DNA of 54,421 nucleotides, filler included, from Basidioascus undulatus (taxonomy: Eukaryota), in assembly GCA_000826855.1 (NCBI GenBank). It is 3 parts of 3 records of this genome, joined end to end, with 100 filler letters (N's around TTAATTAATTAA, not from the genome) between each part and the next. Parts side by side here need not be neighbours in the genome. Positions count along the whole stretch, not along the records: positions 1 to 18,093 come from JTLS01000487.1; 2 more parts are not named here. One strand, given 5' to 3'. The notes beneath the pieces are model-generated. The model did not search any database and was not told where the DNA came from. It saw only the letters and a program-made list of their open reading frames with translations. Positions 1 through 13,045 of this stretch are shown here, in pieces; position 1 is the stretch's first letter, and each line of letters begins with the position of its first letter. A program made the position numbers and the translations under genes.

Positions 1-19
1 GGGGGGGGGGGGGGGGGGG

Positions 20-3000
20 CAGCGTTCTTCATGCGCAAAGGCGCGGACTGCCTCTCCAAGTGGGTCGGCGAGGCCGAGCGCCAGCTGCGACTGCTGTTCG
101 AGGAGGCCAAGGCCGTCCAGCCTAGCATTATATTCTTTGATGAGATCGACGGTGAGTCACCGCGCCGTCTATGTTTGTTGGGGGTGTGGGCGATAGAGCT
201 GATGAGGGGGAAAATTTGGGGCGCAGGTCTCGCCCCCGTACGCAGCTCGAAGCAGGAGCAGATCCACGCGAGCATCGTCTCAACGCTGCTGGCGCTGATG
301 GACGGTATGGATGGGCGAGGTGCGTTTCCTCCTTACCCTAAAGAAAGGAGTGAAGATCCTGACGAACAATCCCGACTTGCAGGCCAAATCATCGTGATCG
401 GCGCAACAAACCGGCCCGACGCGGTCGACCCGGCGCTGCGCCGTCCGGGGCGCTTTGATCGCGAGCTCTACTTCCCCCTCCCCAACAAGGCCGCGCGCAG
501 CAAGATCATCGAGATCAACACGCGCGGGTGGAACCCCCCACTCAAGCCGGCGTTCGTCCAGGAGCTGGCCGGGCTGACGAAGGGGTATGGGGGTGCGGAT
601 TTGAGGGTATGTGCGATGTTCCTGTTTTCGGGTTCCGAGGAAATGAGGATAGTGGATGGGAGGAAGAGGAGGGAGGAAGGGGAGGATGGAGACGGGAGCT
701 GATGTGTGAGGGGAGGATGGGACAGGCGCTATGCACGGAGGCGGCGTTGAACGCCGTTCAGAGGAGGTACCCCCAGATCTACAAGACCAACGATCGCTTG
801 TTGCTTGAACCCGAGTCGATCGACGTTCAGGCTAAGGACTTTATGGTTTCCATCAAGAGTGCGTCTCAGTTCCCCTGCCTTGTCCTTCTTCCCTCCATCT
901 CCTCTCCCTCGCGTCTCCCCTCTCTCGTCTCGAGGTCTCGCTCCTTCTCGTCAACTACTGACATTCCGGCGTTCCGCAGCCATCGTCCCCTCCTCCCAGC
1001 GCTCGACCGCCTCCGTTGCCGCGCCGCTCCCAGCGCAGCTCGTCCCACTCCTCCAGCCCGCGCTCGACCGCGCCAAGCTCGCGCTCGACAAGGTCCTCCC
1101 CTCCGTCAAGAAGCGGAGCGTGCTCGAGGAGGCCGAGTTCGAGGACGAGGAGGGCGTTGGGGAGGATGGGGGCTTTGGGAAGGAGATGATGCTGCAGAGT
1201 GAGTGGGCGTTCTCTACTAGGCGGAGGGCGGCAAATTGGGAGAAGATGCAGAGTGGGAATGAGGCAACGGTGCTGATGATTTGGGACGGGCGCGGCAGGC
1301 CTTGAGCAACTACGCATTTTCCGACCTCGTGTCCTTATCTACGGCGAGCCCGGCATGGGCCAGAGCTACATCGGCGCGGCGATCATGCACCACCTCGAGG
1401 GGTACAACGTGCAGAGCCTCGACATCGCCTCCCTGCTGAGCGACTCTACCCGAGTGCGTTCCCTTCATTTCCGCTCTTCCCACCCCAAGCCTTCCTTCCT
1501 GCTCATCCCTCACCCCGCACACAGACCGTCGAAGCCGCCTGCGTGCAGCTCTTCGTCGAGGCCAAGCGCAACAAGCCCTCGATCGTCTATATCCCCTCCC
1601 TCATCCAGTGGTCGCACACCGTCTCCGAGGCCGCGCGCTCCACCGTCAAGGCCATGCTCGACAACCTGGCGCCCTCCGACCCAATCCTCCTCCTCGCCGT
1701 CGTCGACGGGCACATCGACGAGATCCCGCGCGACGTCCGCGCGTGGTTCGGGTTCGCGAAGGACAACCGGATCCAGCTTCAGAAGCCAGGGGCGGTGCGT
1801 CTTTCGCTTTCTCGCATGAGGGCGGGCCGAGCTGATGCTGGGGTATGGGTGCGATCACAGGACGAGCGCGACGCGTTCTTCTCCGACCTGCTCATCAACG
1901 TGAGCCGCAAGCCGAGTGAGTTCCCCGACGCCGTGCCGCGCAAGAAGCGCGTTCTCGAGGAGCTTCCCAAGGCGCCGCCGCGCGCGCCGCGCCAGCCCAC
2001 GGCCGCGGAGCTCCAGCAGCAGGCCGAGAACGACGCGCGCGTGCGCGAGCACCTCAAGTGGCGCCTCGGGCCGGTGCTCGATCAACTCAAGCGCAAATTC
2101 AAGAAGTTTATGAAGAGCTTTGCGGTGCGTCTTCTTTCCGTGTGGCAATTCGTGGGGCGTGGAACGACTCGGGCTGATATTGGGATGATGAACAGGACGA
2201 GATCATTCTCGAGCTCCCCGAGATTCCGCTCCCGAACGGCGTTCACACGCCCGTCGAGCCGGAGGGCGACGTGCTCATCATCAACGGCGAGGGCGACAGT
2301 GCGGCTCCCGCGGACGCAGGGCCGAGCCAGGTCAATGGCGTTCCCGCCGGAGACGTCGAGATGGCTGCGCCGCCTGCCGAGGGCGCTGCGCTCGCCGCCG
2401 CCGAGTCGGCGCCCGAGAAGCCTACCGAGCCGTCCGCAGTCCACTTCCACGCGTCCGCCGCGCCGCCCGCGCTCCCGACCATCTACGACATCGACCTCGA
2501 GAAGATGCACCACAACCTGTACTACGACGGATACCTCACGCCGCAAGACTTCCTCGACGACATCGCCAAGATGGTGCACAACGCCGAGCTCGACCCGTCC
2601 GACCAGGACCGCCTCTGGAAGGCGCACCAGATGCTCAACCAGGCGCGCCTCCTCATTGACCAGTCGTTCGACGCACCGTTCCGCGTCGAGTGCGAGCGCG
2701 CAGCGCAGCGGGAGCGGGAGCGCGAACGCGAGCGCAAGGCGAAGCGCCGCGCGGAGAGAGCAGCCAAGAACCCGCAGCCTACGCGGCATTCTGCGCGCGC
2801 GGATGGACGCCCGCCCGAGCTCGCCATAACGGACGTCGGCGCGCTCGAACGCCAGCTCAAGCGCCAGCGCAGCCAGGCGGACTCGCCGGCGGTCGGGGAG
2901 GGCGAGAGCCAGCCGATGGCGAAGCGGGCGCGCTCGACGGAGGGGACGTCTGTCGGGAATGGGACGCCCGAGCAGGTGGACGTATTTGGCGTCGTGGCGC

Positions 3001-3598
3001 CTGCTGGGGCGCCCGGCGTGACGGACGTGGAGATGCTCGAGGCGGGGACATCGTCAACTGCACCGCCCGCGGACCCCTCGTTCGGTTCGAACGTCATCCC
3101 TACCCCGCAGGCATCCTCCCTCGGGCCAGTGCGTCTTGCTCGTTCTCCGTCACATACCCGCCGGAGCTGACTGAGCGTCGCATCTATCCTACGCAGACAC
3201 CTTCGCTTACAACCGGCGCTGTCCCCGGCACGCCCGGCCAAGACCACTCCCACCCGCTCTACGGCCTGGCCCCCTCCCGCCCCGCCGTCTCCTCCCTCCT
3301 CGCCCCCGAACCGACGCTCGTCGAGGCCGCCGTCGCTCTGCGTGAGCCCACCCCTCCTCCGCCGCCACCCCCCTTCATCCTCGACCCATCAGCATTCGCG
3401 CGCCTGCGGCAAACGCTCCGGAACGAGACTGCGCCGCTCGACGTAGAGCAGCTCGAGCAGCTGCGCGCGATGTGCTTGAGCGCCGTGTGGAGAAGGAGAA
3501 GCGAGTGGGACCGCTTGGGCCTCATGCAGGAGATGGAAGGGATCGTGCGAGAGTTTATCGGGGAGGTGCTAGAGGTCAGGGGCGAGGAAGGCGATTGA
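20..3598 (+). CDS. YTA7: AAA+ ATPase with bromodomain-like region (Yta7/ATAD2 family), multi-exon, 5'-partial
   Basis: Spliced segments read FFMRKGADCLSKWVGEAERQLRLLFEEAK...IIFFDEIDG|LAPVRSSKQEQIHASIVSTLLALMDGMDGRG|QIIVIGATNRPDAVDPALRRPGRFDRE. A degenerate second AAA domain and a bromodomain-like stretch (DIDLEKMHHNLYYDGYLTPQDFLDDIAKMVHNA) follow. Stop at 3598. Confidence 0.93.
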
Positions 3599-5198
3599 GT
3601 TGATTTGGGACTTGCTGGAGGGGGACTCGCATTGTTGATTGATACATTATCTGTTAGCTTGCTTGATGGTGTGTTGCTGCTGTCGAGTCAAGCACTCCGC
3701 GAGATGATCGCCGCTTGCTTGTGAGGCGCCCATGCGATGCTCGCGTGGGCCTGCCGCGTTGTAAAATGTCGAGCTCCTGGGGGCTGTTGTTCAACACGCA
3801 GATGTGCATGTTTGCTCCAACTTCATCACCGCACTAAGGTGGAGTATCGGCGGAGGAGGGTTCGGAGTCCCAACCTGCCGTGGTGTTGGCCTCGACTTCC
3901 CGGAGCAAGCTGCTGAGTGCGGACTGGCGTGTCTCTCTTGTTCAGACCACTTCACAACCATGGCTTGTCCAGCACATTTTCATTTTGCACTGTCGGTTGC
4001 AAGCACAACGAGGAGAGCGCGAGGTGTCGCCTCGTCCTGAAGCCAAAGACACACTAGACGGCATTCATCAAGCCGTTTGAGTTTGAGAAACGTAGACTTT
4101 AAAGATACTTGACAGACCTTACGCTGGGGCAACGATGGGACTGCGGAGTAGCAACGCGCCGTGCTGGTGTGTGGAAAGTCAGTATGCTGCTTCTGGCAGT
4201 TCTTTGGCGAGAGGGATTGCTATAGGTCTGTCCGTTTGAGGGACACCATATAACCTTATGGCCAATCGGAACAACCAGCCCAGCCCCCAGCGTGTCCATT
4301 TTCCGTGTTGTGCTCCCGATTCGCAGAAACGATGGGCAGCATTCAGAACCCACACATCGCTTCCCCCATTCTTCATGGTTAGATAAAGTCCTGGATTCTG
4401 TATTCCTATGCATTTTGGGCGGGTCGCTTGTGAGACGGGAGATCAGGATGGGGCGAAGAAGCTAGTTGAGGCTGGACACCCGCCATGTGGTGAGCGTGGC
4501 TTTGGAGATCTCCCGGCGGGCCTTGAGATGTATCGTGGTGTTCAGCAACCTTTGTCGGTAGTGCACAAGCGATTGAGGGATACAATGACAGAGGTGGGCA
4601 CGCTCATCGCTCCAAGGACGGCGAGTCACGCACGCTACGGTCGGACACAAGACCAACCCAGAGGAAAGGGCCGCGAGAGTGAGTGACCCAAACAATTTAG
4701 AAGCAATATCCTTTCATTCCGCAATCATCCTCGTGTTACAGTATGACCTATTCCCCGAAGCAGGTAGAAACAGTAGGCAGCGGCTGTCAGGCCCGTATGC
4801 TGTAAGGGGAATGCGGTTCTTGTAGACCAGCTGTAGTCAAATGATACTCCCCCTGTTTCCATGCTCCGTCAGTGCGGCGCTCATTAAATTAGACATGTCT
4901 GTGCAACATCTGCTCTCAGCCCTGGCGTTTGTCCGCACACTCGAGTCCGCAGAACGAGGACTGAAGGTTGGTCGATGCAGAGTAGCACCAGGGTCCAAGT
5001 TACAATAGGTTTATCATAAATCTGCAAGGAAGTGGGGTCATGAGCTTCAATAGCTGAGAATTGCATGGTATAACGCAAGCAGTTACAGGGGGTGCAGTGG
5101 CAGTCAACAGGCTGCCGGCCCGACGCTCGCGGTCGGGCTTCGTGTACCGAGCAAGCAATTGGCAGGGTACCTGGTGAGAGACATCAAGAGAGCAAAAA

Positions 5199-5271
5199 TG
5201 GACATTCCCGGAATTGAACCGGGGACCCCCTCAATGCGAATGAGATGTGATAGCCCCTACACCAAATGCCC
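5199..5271 (-). tRNA. tRNA-Ala(CGC), intronless
   Basis: Reverse complement GGGCATT...TCTCA TT CGC AT TGAGG...CCGG TTCAATT CCGGG AATGTCC A folds as a cloverleaf. It has the G3:U70 Ala identity pair and a downstream T-run terminator. Confidence 0.92.
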
Positions 5272-6970
5272 GTCGCACAAAGTTTTCTTTTGCGCTCCAA
5301 AATACATGCGTAACACCTTAGATTGAGCTAAACCGTTCAAACTATACCAGGCAAGATCACTGTAGGGTATTCGAGTTTGTTCACTTAGTGGCAGGAAGCA
5401 CGAAGGCTCAGTGTCGTTGCTGATGATCGGGAGACGGCATGAACTTCCTGAGGTGAGCGGCGTCCAAATTCAGGCCCGGCCAGTAAAAAGAAACACGGTC
5501 TAAAGAAGCCCATCATAAATCTTTAGATTTGCCTTGTCAGCAGCCTGTTAAAGCAGTTACTTGAGTGCAGCCGGCTTCACCAGAAACGAGACCGAAAGGA
5601 TCCTGCTCGCTGGCTTCACATTATTATAATGCAAAATGACATTATATCAACTGAAGAGTATGGGGCCCGTCAAAGCCTCATGATTTGTCTTCAAGGAGGG
5701 TGCAATCGACATGCTGCTTGCGAAGCACCGCAGTAACGACTGTATACCCGCCTGAGTAAAGAAGACTGCTGGAGGCGATGGAGCGTTGGACAACCCAAAT
5801 AGGACAGAATACACCCTTCATATCACATCCCCGTGCTGCAAAGTATCAGCATCGCACCAGAGCGCACAAGGCGACCTGCTTCTGTCGAGGACAGCCGGTC
5901 TGTGTTCGAGTGAAGAACACTGGAACCGTCATCTGCGGATTCTGTGTTTCTACATCATAGAGATTTAAATGATCTTGTGCAGAACCGTGTCTGCATTGAC
6001 TGTTCTCCGGCTTCATGACAATCTTCATCCTCTCACTTGAGTTGAACTGAGACCCCAGGGTGTTATTTGGGGGGGAGGGCGCTCCAAGTATATCCTTGAA
6101 GGGGAGATTGGGATGCGGCCGAGAACTGAGTCGACGCAGAACTCCAGCAGAAGACGCCCGTTATCTGCCAGCGAGCGTGGCATTGAAGTCCCTCTCAGCT
6201 CTCTGTAATCTGTCATGGTTTTCCGCAGTTCCCTTTCTTTATTCTCTTTAGAAACTTCGGATACTCAGTCAGTCAAACGAGGCGGGAGGCCGTTCGGCAG
6301 CACTGGGCGCAGTCTACCGCCACGACGAGGCCGCCGCTGCGCTGCTTCTCAACGACTTCGACCCCAAAACTTTTATTCTAACTGATAAATTTTAGCAATA
6401 TCAAAGATCTTTAGCCGTGCAATGTAGTGGTCTCCTGTGCAGAGCTGCAAGATACTGTGCAGTTCGCCACGCATTTACGAACCAACTTGATGACGGTGCG
6501 AGTCTTCGCTCTTTGCACTTTCCATCCACACTGTGTATTCAAGGAATTGATTCACTCCAAGTCCTTGCAATCGTACTCGCACTCACGCACCTTAATCTCT
6601 CGCCAACATGCCAGCACCGACTGGCGGAGATACCAGCATTGTCGTCCGCTTGCTGTCCTGGTTTGTTGGATCCACCAATTCTGAAGACAGCCTTGCATAT
6701 TGTGACAAAAGAGGAAACAGAAGGTTGAACGCATATTGTGCTGCCATGGTGAAGGAAACTGCTACTGCTGGCGGCACAGCGAGAGTGGCTGCTGTTGCAG
6801 GGGTGGCCTCTTTCTACTGCGGTGGTGACGTCTTCGGTTACCCACTCCTTACTTACGGTTATAGGTCTGCCGTGTATATAACATACTTAGCGTACGCGGT
6901 TTGGCGTGGTCGGACTCTCTGCCTTGCTCCGCCACACTCAAGACCCGCCTGCTCAGTGTTTGTGATCCGC

Positions 6971-7010
6971 CCTTCACCAACTTTCACCAACTTTCACCAA
7001 CCTTCACCAA
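6971..7010. repeat. 10-bp tandem repeat (CYTTCACCAA)x4
   Basis: ccttcaccaa ctttcaccaa ctttcaccaa ccttcaccaa, read directly. Confidence 0.9.
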
Positions 7011-7240
7011 TTGCCGCTGCGAGCTGCTGCCCAATGCTGCCTCATCTTAGCCGGTGTGGGGCGGTATCTCCTCCTCGCCTCGGCAACAGGCGGCGATGCT
7101 TAGATCTTGGGCGTGCGTGCCGAAATTATGGCACGCCAAGCCTTCCCCTCGAGCTCTCCCCTCAACGACTCCGATCTTTTGATACCCTTTACACCTCTCA
7201 ACTCTTCTTACCGACATCCACAGTTACTGGTTAACCTGCC

Positions 7241-10200
7241 ATGGCATACCATTCCTTGAAATCTCCAAACCCCAGCAGGCGGTCAAGCGCTGTCCCCCGC
7301 ACCGACTCGTCGCTTCTGACCCTCACGCCCTCTGAACGCTTCTGCGTTTGCTTGTCCATCCGTAACGGTGCTTGTTCGCTGAGCATCCACAACAGGCCCA
7401 ACCATCAGATTGGGGTGCAACTTATTTCGGTCCGGAGGCAGACGACGCTCTGCAGTACGTGTATGCGCCCTGGTCTCCGCTTTTGCGGTCGACTCACCTC
7501 AGAGCGACGTCCTCAGCAACCCGGATCCTCCCCAGGATCGGTACGATCGGCCATCAACATATTTGAAGATGTTTCTTACCCAGGTTACCTCACAGGAACA
7601 CTGATCAATCAGGCTCTATATTCACGTGGCGGGTTTTTGTGAATTACTTGGGCTTTTTGGTGTTGTTATCGCTGGTGATTGCAATGCTCCGGTATGTTCT
7701 GCCTGAGTTCCCCGTTTAAAAATTGAGCTGACGGTTGCCTTATCTGACTCTTTCTTTCAGTTCTGGGTACCCCATCCTCGACGACGTCCGGAACACACAG
7801 TAGTCAAACTTTGGCGGTTACAACCTCGGATTCATATGTTCATCAACGCGTCTGGGCAGGTTCCCGCATGCACTGGAATGAACAGGGTGAGCTCTCAAAA
7901 CCTACACCTAGACCGGGATGCTGGCACCCTCTTACAGGGCCACATCGGACTCCGACACGCCCGAAGAAGCAAAGACCAGGGCTGGTTTCGACGGGACTAA
8001 GTAGTACGTACTCGTCTTGAGCCTCCGAGCCTTGCGTGCATCGCTCACCAGTCTCTCGCTATACAACGAGCTTGTATTCGACGAGTCTTACGGCCGGACA
8101 TTCTGTCCGTGTGACGATTCGTACGGGAGGCGGTTGACTTGCATTACTGGTGCGTGTTGTCGTCCATCGCCTTGCAGCGTGGAACTGAGTGGAGTGGTGT
8201 AGGGGTAACAATGATCTCGAAGTGAGCCGCTTCGATTCATAGGGTTCTGAAACGGTTCTAAATGCGATATTGTAGTGGTACTCCCCCCGGCAAATCACAA
8301 CCCAAGGCGGTGCCTTGCGTCTCACCCTCGACGCGGTCTCTTCTCAAAACCTTGATTTCCAGGTAGTAACCCCTGTCTCCTCTCTTTCCTGAAAATCGAT
8401 CTCAGCGGTGTTTTTCCAGGGCGGATGATGACCACCTGGAACAAGTTCTGCTTCATTGGCGGTTACGTCAGCGCCAGCATCTCCATACCGGGCTCCTCGG
8501 ACGTCTATGGGGTAGGTCTCTCTGTAAGGACCCAATGGACTTGCCGCTTGATGGTCTGATGGTCTGGTTCCCATCACAGCTGTGGCCGGCGTTCTCTGAG
8601 TTTCCTTCGGCCCTGATCTTCCTTCGCTTTCCCGGAAACTCACATCTATGCATCCCCAAATAGGGACTATGTAAACGACTGTGCTCATCATCGAAAAGGT
8701 GTTTCGGTCTGACCTCCAGGGTGATTGCTTAGGGGCAACCTCGGACGTGCATGCTACGGTGCCACTCTGGAAGGTATGCTTGTCTCGTTTAGAACACTCA
8801 AAGGTTTCCTGCATAGTACTGACTGCGGCTACAGGAATATGGCAGTATTATTGTGTCAGTATTACAGAAGAACCGGGCACTGGCTGGTCCTGACCAACTT
8901 CGGGCCTAGGCTCCTGCGATGTCCGTGTACGTTGATGGCTTGCCTGATAATGTGCGCATTGTGCTCAAGCGTTTCTGGCCTATGTTACAGACCTTGAAGA
9001 ACCACTCCCTCGCTGGCCAGTACGCTCAATCATTGACCAGTTATTGACCAGCGTGGCACACGTAGCTCACCAGCGCTCGTTCTGCAGGCTATCCTGGCCT
9101 CTGAGTTTCCTTTCCGGACAACGGCTGTGTGTAATTTCTTTCTCAACCTCCCCGCATTGTTTCGAAGCTGATGGCATGTTGCGATCTTCGGTGGCCGCTG
9201 CACTTGCGAGGGCGAGCTGCAATCCGGCCTCAAGCACTCTGATGGGACTTACGTGGGCCGCAGTGTCCGGAGATTGACGTGTAAGTTGCCCTGGAACACT
9301 ACCCCGTTGTTCGGTCAACGTATTGACAAATACAACTGTACCTGTGCAGAATCGAGGCTCATGTAAGCCGGTTTGACCGCGTCGCTGAACGAGACGTACT
9401 GACGCAGCACACGTTGCCTTAGGTTGAAGTTGACAAGCGTGAAGACAAGTCGGCAACTTCTGTCTGTACCGATGTCTTGCTGACTGTTGGGGGAACAGGC
9501 TTTGGTTCTATGTCTGGTAAGCAAATCTGGTTTGCATCTGATAGCGTCGACGCCCTCACACACCGCCGTCCTGTAGGGCAATTTGCTCCTTTCAGTAGGG
9601 TTTGATAGAGATACTGCACGCTGCTCATTGCTAACCGCGAGCTCGATACACAGATGCGGAGTACAAGTGGTATAACAGCACGATCACCATGAGTAAGTGA
9701 ACGAAAGTGTTCTACAAAGCTAGTCGCTGATCAGAGCTCAACGTGCCCCGCCAACAGCCAACCCGTAAGTGGATGTCTCACCTATTCCGTTTGGTTGAGA
9801 GAATTGAAACTGGAGTCGTACACGGAGGATGACTGGTTCAACGTGAGTGACTCGTGGTCAAGGGATGCTCACTCCTGCTGATGTCGCTGTCATAACGCAG
9901 ACGTACCAAGGCAAGTGGCGCATCGCACAAGCTTCCCAATCTGTTGCTAATTGTATGCCATTGGCCCTACAAGTGGACAGCAGCAAATGTGTGTCACTGG
10001 CCTATTCACGGCTTTCGCATGTTGACGAGTGTGGCGGTCAAGACCGATCAGACGGCGTAACAGTACAGCGGTGGCGGCTTTTCCTCGTACGTCCGAGAAA
10101 ATTCCGTCCATTTTTCGAGCTCTGGTCTTACCCGTCCGTACCGTTTCACAGGTACGGGTAAGTTATTACACGCACTTGCAAAAGTAGGACGGTGTGGGTT

Positions 10201-11200
10201 AACTCTGGCGCTGCCAAGGATGGAATACGTCCCCAGCACCTCCGATGACTCCTACATTGAGTGGCATGTCAACGAGAATATGCGGTGGTTGGTGTGTGCG
10301 TTCGCATTGCTCGACGTAAAAGTGCAGTGCTGATTGGCCTGACATCCGATGTTCTGAAGGTGCCGGGACTGTCACTCTCCTTTCTACTCTCTGTGTCCGG
10401 ACTCCCCCGCTTGAACAACATAATCTTATGCGATGATTCAGGTTTGCGTTTACAGCCATGGCCATTGGCCCAGACGAAGAGGTCCTCATCAGTGCTCGCC
10501 CCATTCCGTACGAGCCTATGTACATGCTCCTGAGTGCTCAGTCTCCACTTTGCTTTCGCTGACACTGAAGTTCACGTATAGACCAAGCAATTGTTACAAG
10601 TACGTCCTGCGTCCGCACCAGATTGTCTGTGGACATACTCACGCTCGGTCACCCTCTCGTTCGCTTGCAGCTTCGGTACGTCTACCTGCTCCTCCATCCT
10701 CAAAAAACCTGCGGGGAGCACTGGATCACGTTTACCTTGCAGCTCAAATCTACTGGGACGGTCTGGCCGACTTCTGGCCGACCGTGATAAGCATCATCTG
10801 GGTCCGCGTGGTAAGTATTTCCTGCTACACCTGCGGCTTCTGAGGTTTACCTACACTGCCATGCTGATCGTGCTTCGTACCACACTACCAGCCCGTCGGC
10901 AAGCGCAACAACGGCTGCAGCCCGCCGGGCTACTGCACTGCGGACTAGTGCGTTGTCTCTTCACGCCATGGCGGTAGGCGTACATGCTGACCTCTCTCAT
11001 GCACCGCCCTGTAGCATCGAGCAGTTGAAGGAAAGATACCTGGTAAGCATTGCGGTGCTGCTCTTCAGGGATGCCGTGCTGACCTTGGTGGATGTACAGA
11101 ACCCGCACTTGACAACGTGAGCAGCGGTTGCAGACTGCGCCCGGATACTCTACTAACTGCATTGCCGAACACTGTAAGGCTTAATTCTCTCATTCTCCCA
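7241..11200 (+). pseudogene. KRE6: KRE6/SKN1-family beta-glucan synthesis-associated GH16 protein, pseudogene
   Basis: Family motifs occur in the expected order across many exons: GYPIL..GGYNLG/INASGQVP (~7765-7870), ELVF-DE..GRTFCPCDD/EAVDLHYW (~8070-8150), NNDLE|WYSPRQITT, MMTTWNKFCFIGGY (~8425-8465), GNLGRACYGATLEG (~8735), LSFLSGQRL, EIDV|IEA (~9270-9360), ISARPIPYEPMY (~10490), IWVRV, NNGCSPPGYCTAD. There is an in-frame TAG at 7801 and several frameshifts. Both ends are approximate. Confidence 0.85.
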
Positions 11201-12445
11201 CCGCGAATGTACTGAATTTCTTTCTGAAACCGCAGCGGGCAGCAGCCAGTCAAGGTGCGCACTGCTCAGTACACGACCACAAGCAGACTATTGACTCAAC
11301 CGCTTTAACCTGCCTAGAACGCCCTCCTGAACCAGGACGACTCGAAGTGCCAGACCGCGCTCAAGACTTCCCCTTCCGACTTGCTTGGCCGGACGGGTCC
11401 CGACGGCGCGTCCGACACGATCCAGTGAGGGGGCGATTGGTCCTCTTCAGCGGTGTGGAATCTCCCATTTTGGGACAGCATTACAGAGCTACGGACTCTA
11501 GAAAATTTTCGGTCTTTTTCTGTAAACAACGCGCCTCGCATGTTAAGCTATTTTCGCTGTTCGAAAGCGCAATCAACCTCGCTTGAGCTTTGCCGGCAGC
11601 TTAACGTCCAAGACTCTGAGAATCGGTACCGTGCCTGATATATTACTTCCAGGAATCTGTTCAACCTGTTGCCTCCCAAGATTCCCGAAGAAGCTCGAGC
11701 ATGCCTTCAGGGAGGGCTGTATCGACGCGGTGGGTCCCAAGGACATGCGGGAGCTGGGGTGTACCGCAAGGGCATAGTCATTCAACGCGACGCTGAGCTT
11801 GGATTCATTTTGGCCCGTGGTTTGGAAAGGAACCGGTTGAGGTATAGTGGGCTTGCGCAGAAATCTGCAGCATGCGGGTCCTGCCCGCGTTGAGTCCCAA
11901 GTATCGGGAGGACTGCCGGAGCGTCGATGCTTTCGAATCCCGGCTCTATATGCCCTTGGCTTCTCGAAAATTTAGTGTTGCGATATTCTTAGTTCTTATC
12001 TGCTTGATAGTAACTCTCGCTAAACTTGTCGTGCAATGGCACAGAAAGACGGTCTTCCAAGTTTTTCTTTCCGCCAGTCACGAGGAGCTCAATACCGGGT
12101 CCCTGTTTCTTGTCACGAAATTGTTGATTTTTATACAGCCGTTAACTGACTTCGTGATTGATCTATCGATCTAACGAGGGCAAGTTGCGGCAAGTTGATC
12201 TTTACTGAATGGGAGCGGGCCGCTGAAGCCCGCCTGTCCATTTGACCTCTACCTTCTTTAGGCAATGAGCGCCGCTTGTCCCGTTAACTCCCTTACAACC
12301 TCTTCGGAGCCTGTGGCTCGGGTTACTAGGAAGCCGCCGTCGCGCCGCCTTAGCGCCATTCCAGGAGACTTTTCTTCCTCCTCCCTAACCTCTTCGTCGA
12401 AAGCAACCCACTCATAATCAGAAACGGCCTACACAGTACGCGGGG

Positions 12446-13045
12446 ATGAATTCAGACTTCGACTATACTTCTGCGCTGGCGCAGAACATCTATGTGGGTG
12501 TTATTTGTTCTCGTGTTGAGGGCGAGCTACCCCTCCGACCTTTCCGTGGGACACAGACGTCTCGGCCCCGCGACGATTTCAACTCTTCCTCCTCGTTCGA
12601 GCCTTGCGATACTGCACAGGGCGCAGACCTTTCTTACGGCTTTGATGCGGAACTTGGATTCGATCACCCCTGCGCTCCGTGGCAGACAGCCCATGTTCGC
12701 CTTTCGCATCGATCGTTCGCCGTCGAGGAGCTGACCGCTCCACAATAATGAAACCAGATGTACCTTCCCAAAAATATATTCCCTTTCAGTCCAGAATCCC
12801 ATTCGCCATATGCTTACTGCACTGGCACCCTCCCGTCCGACTTCGGCGCGATACCAGCGGACGGCAGTCTTCGCGCCTACGGCTACCCATCCCCAAACGA
12901 TCCTCTTCCAGATTTCCACGACACGTACCCAGCCGAGCCCCATCCTGCCAATCTCAGCGCCGAGCCGTACTCGCCTTCGACCTCCAGCACGCCTACTCCG
13001 GCGCACGCCTCCTACGCTCTCGACTCCTCCGCGCAGCGGGCGGCG
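12446..13045 (+). CDS. hypothetical protein, 5' portion (Pro/Ser/Tyr-rich); 3' end unresolved
   Basis: ATG at 12446, GT-AG intron ~12494-12556, and a second probable intron ending at 12757. The protein-like frame YLPKNIFPFSPESHSPYAYC...YALDSSAQR then runs into antisense UPF3 sequence. Confidence 0.45.

Noticed and set aside
1..19. Poly-G run at the window start, with C/G runs at other contig edges
   Set aside because: Typical short-read contig break points; not telomeric or functional as far as can be seen.
8344..8814. Minus-strand ORF suspected to be an insertion in the KRE6 pseudogene
   Set aside because: The plus strand here encodes the expected KRE6 segment (WNKFCFIGGY...GNLGR), so there is no insertion.
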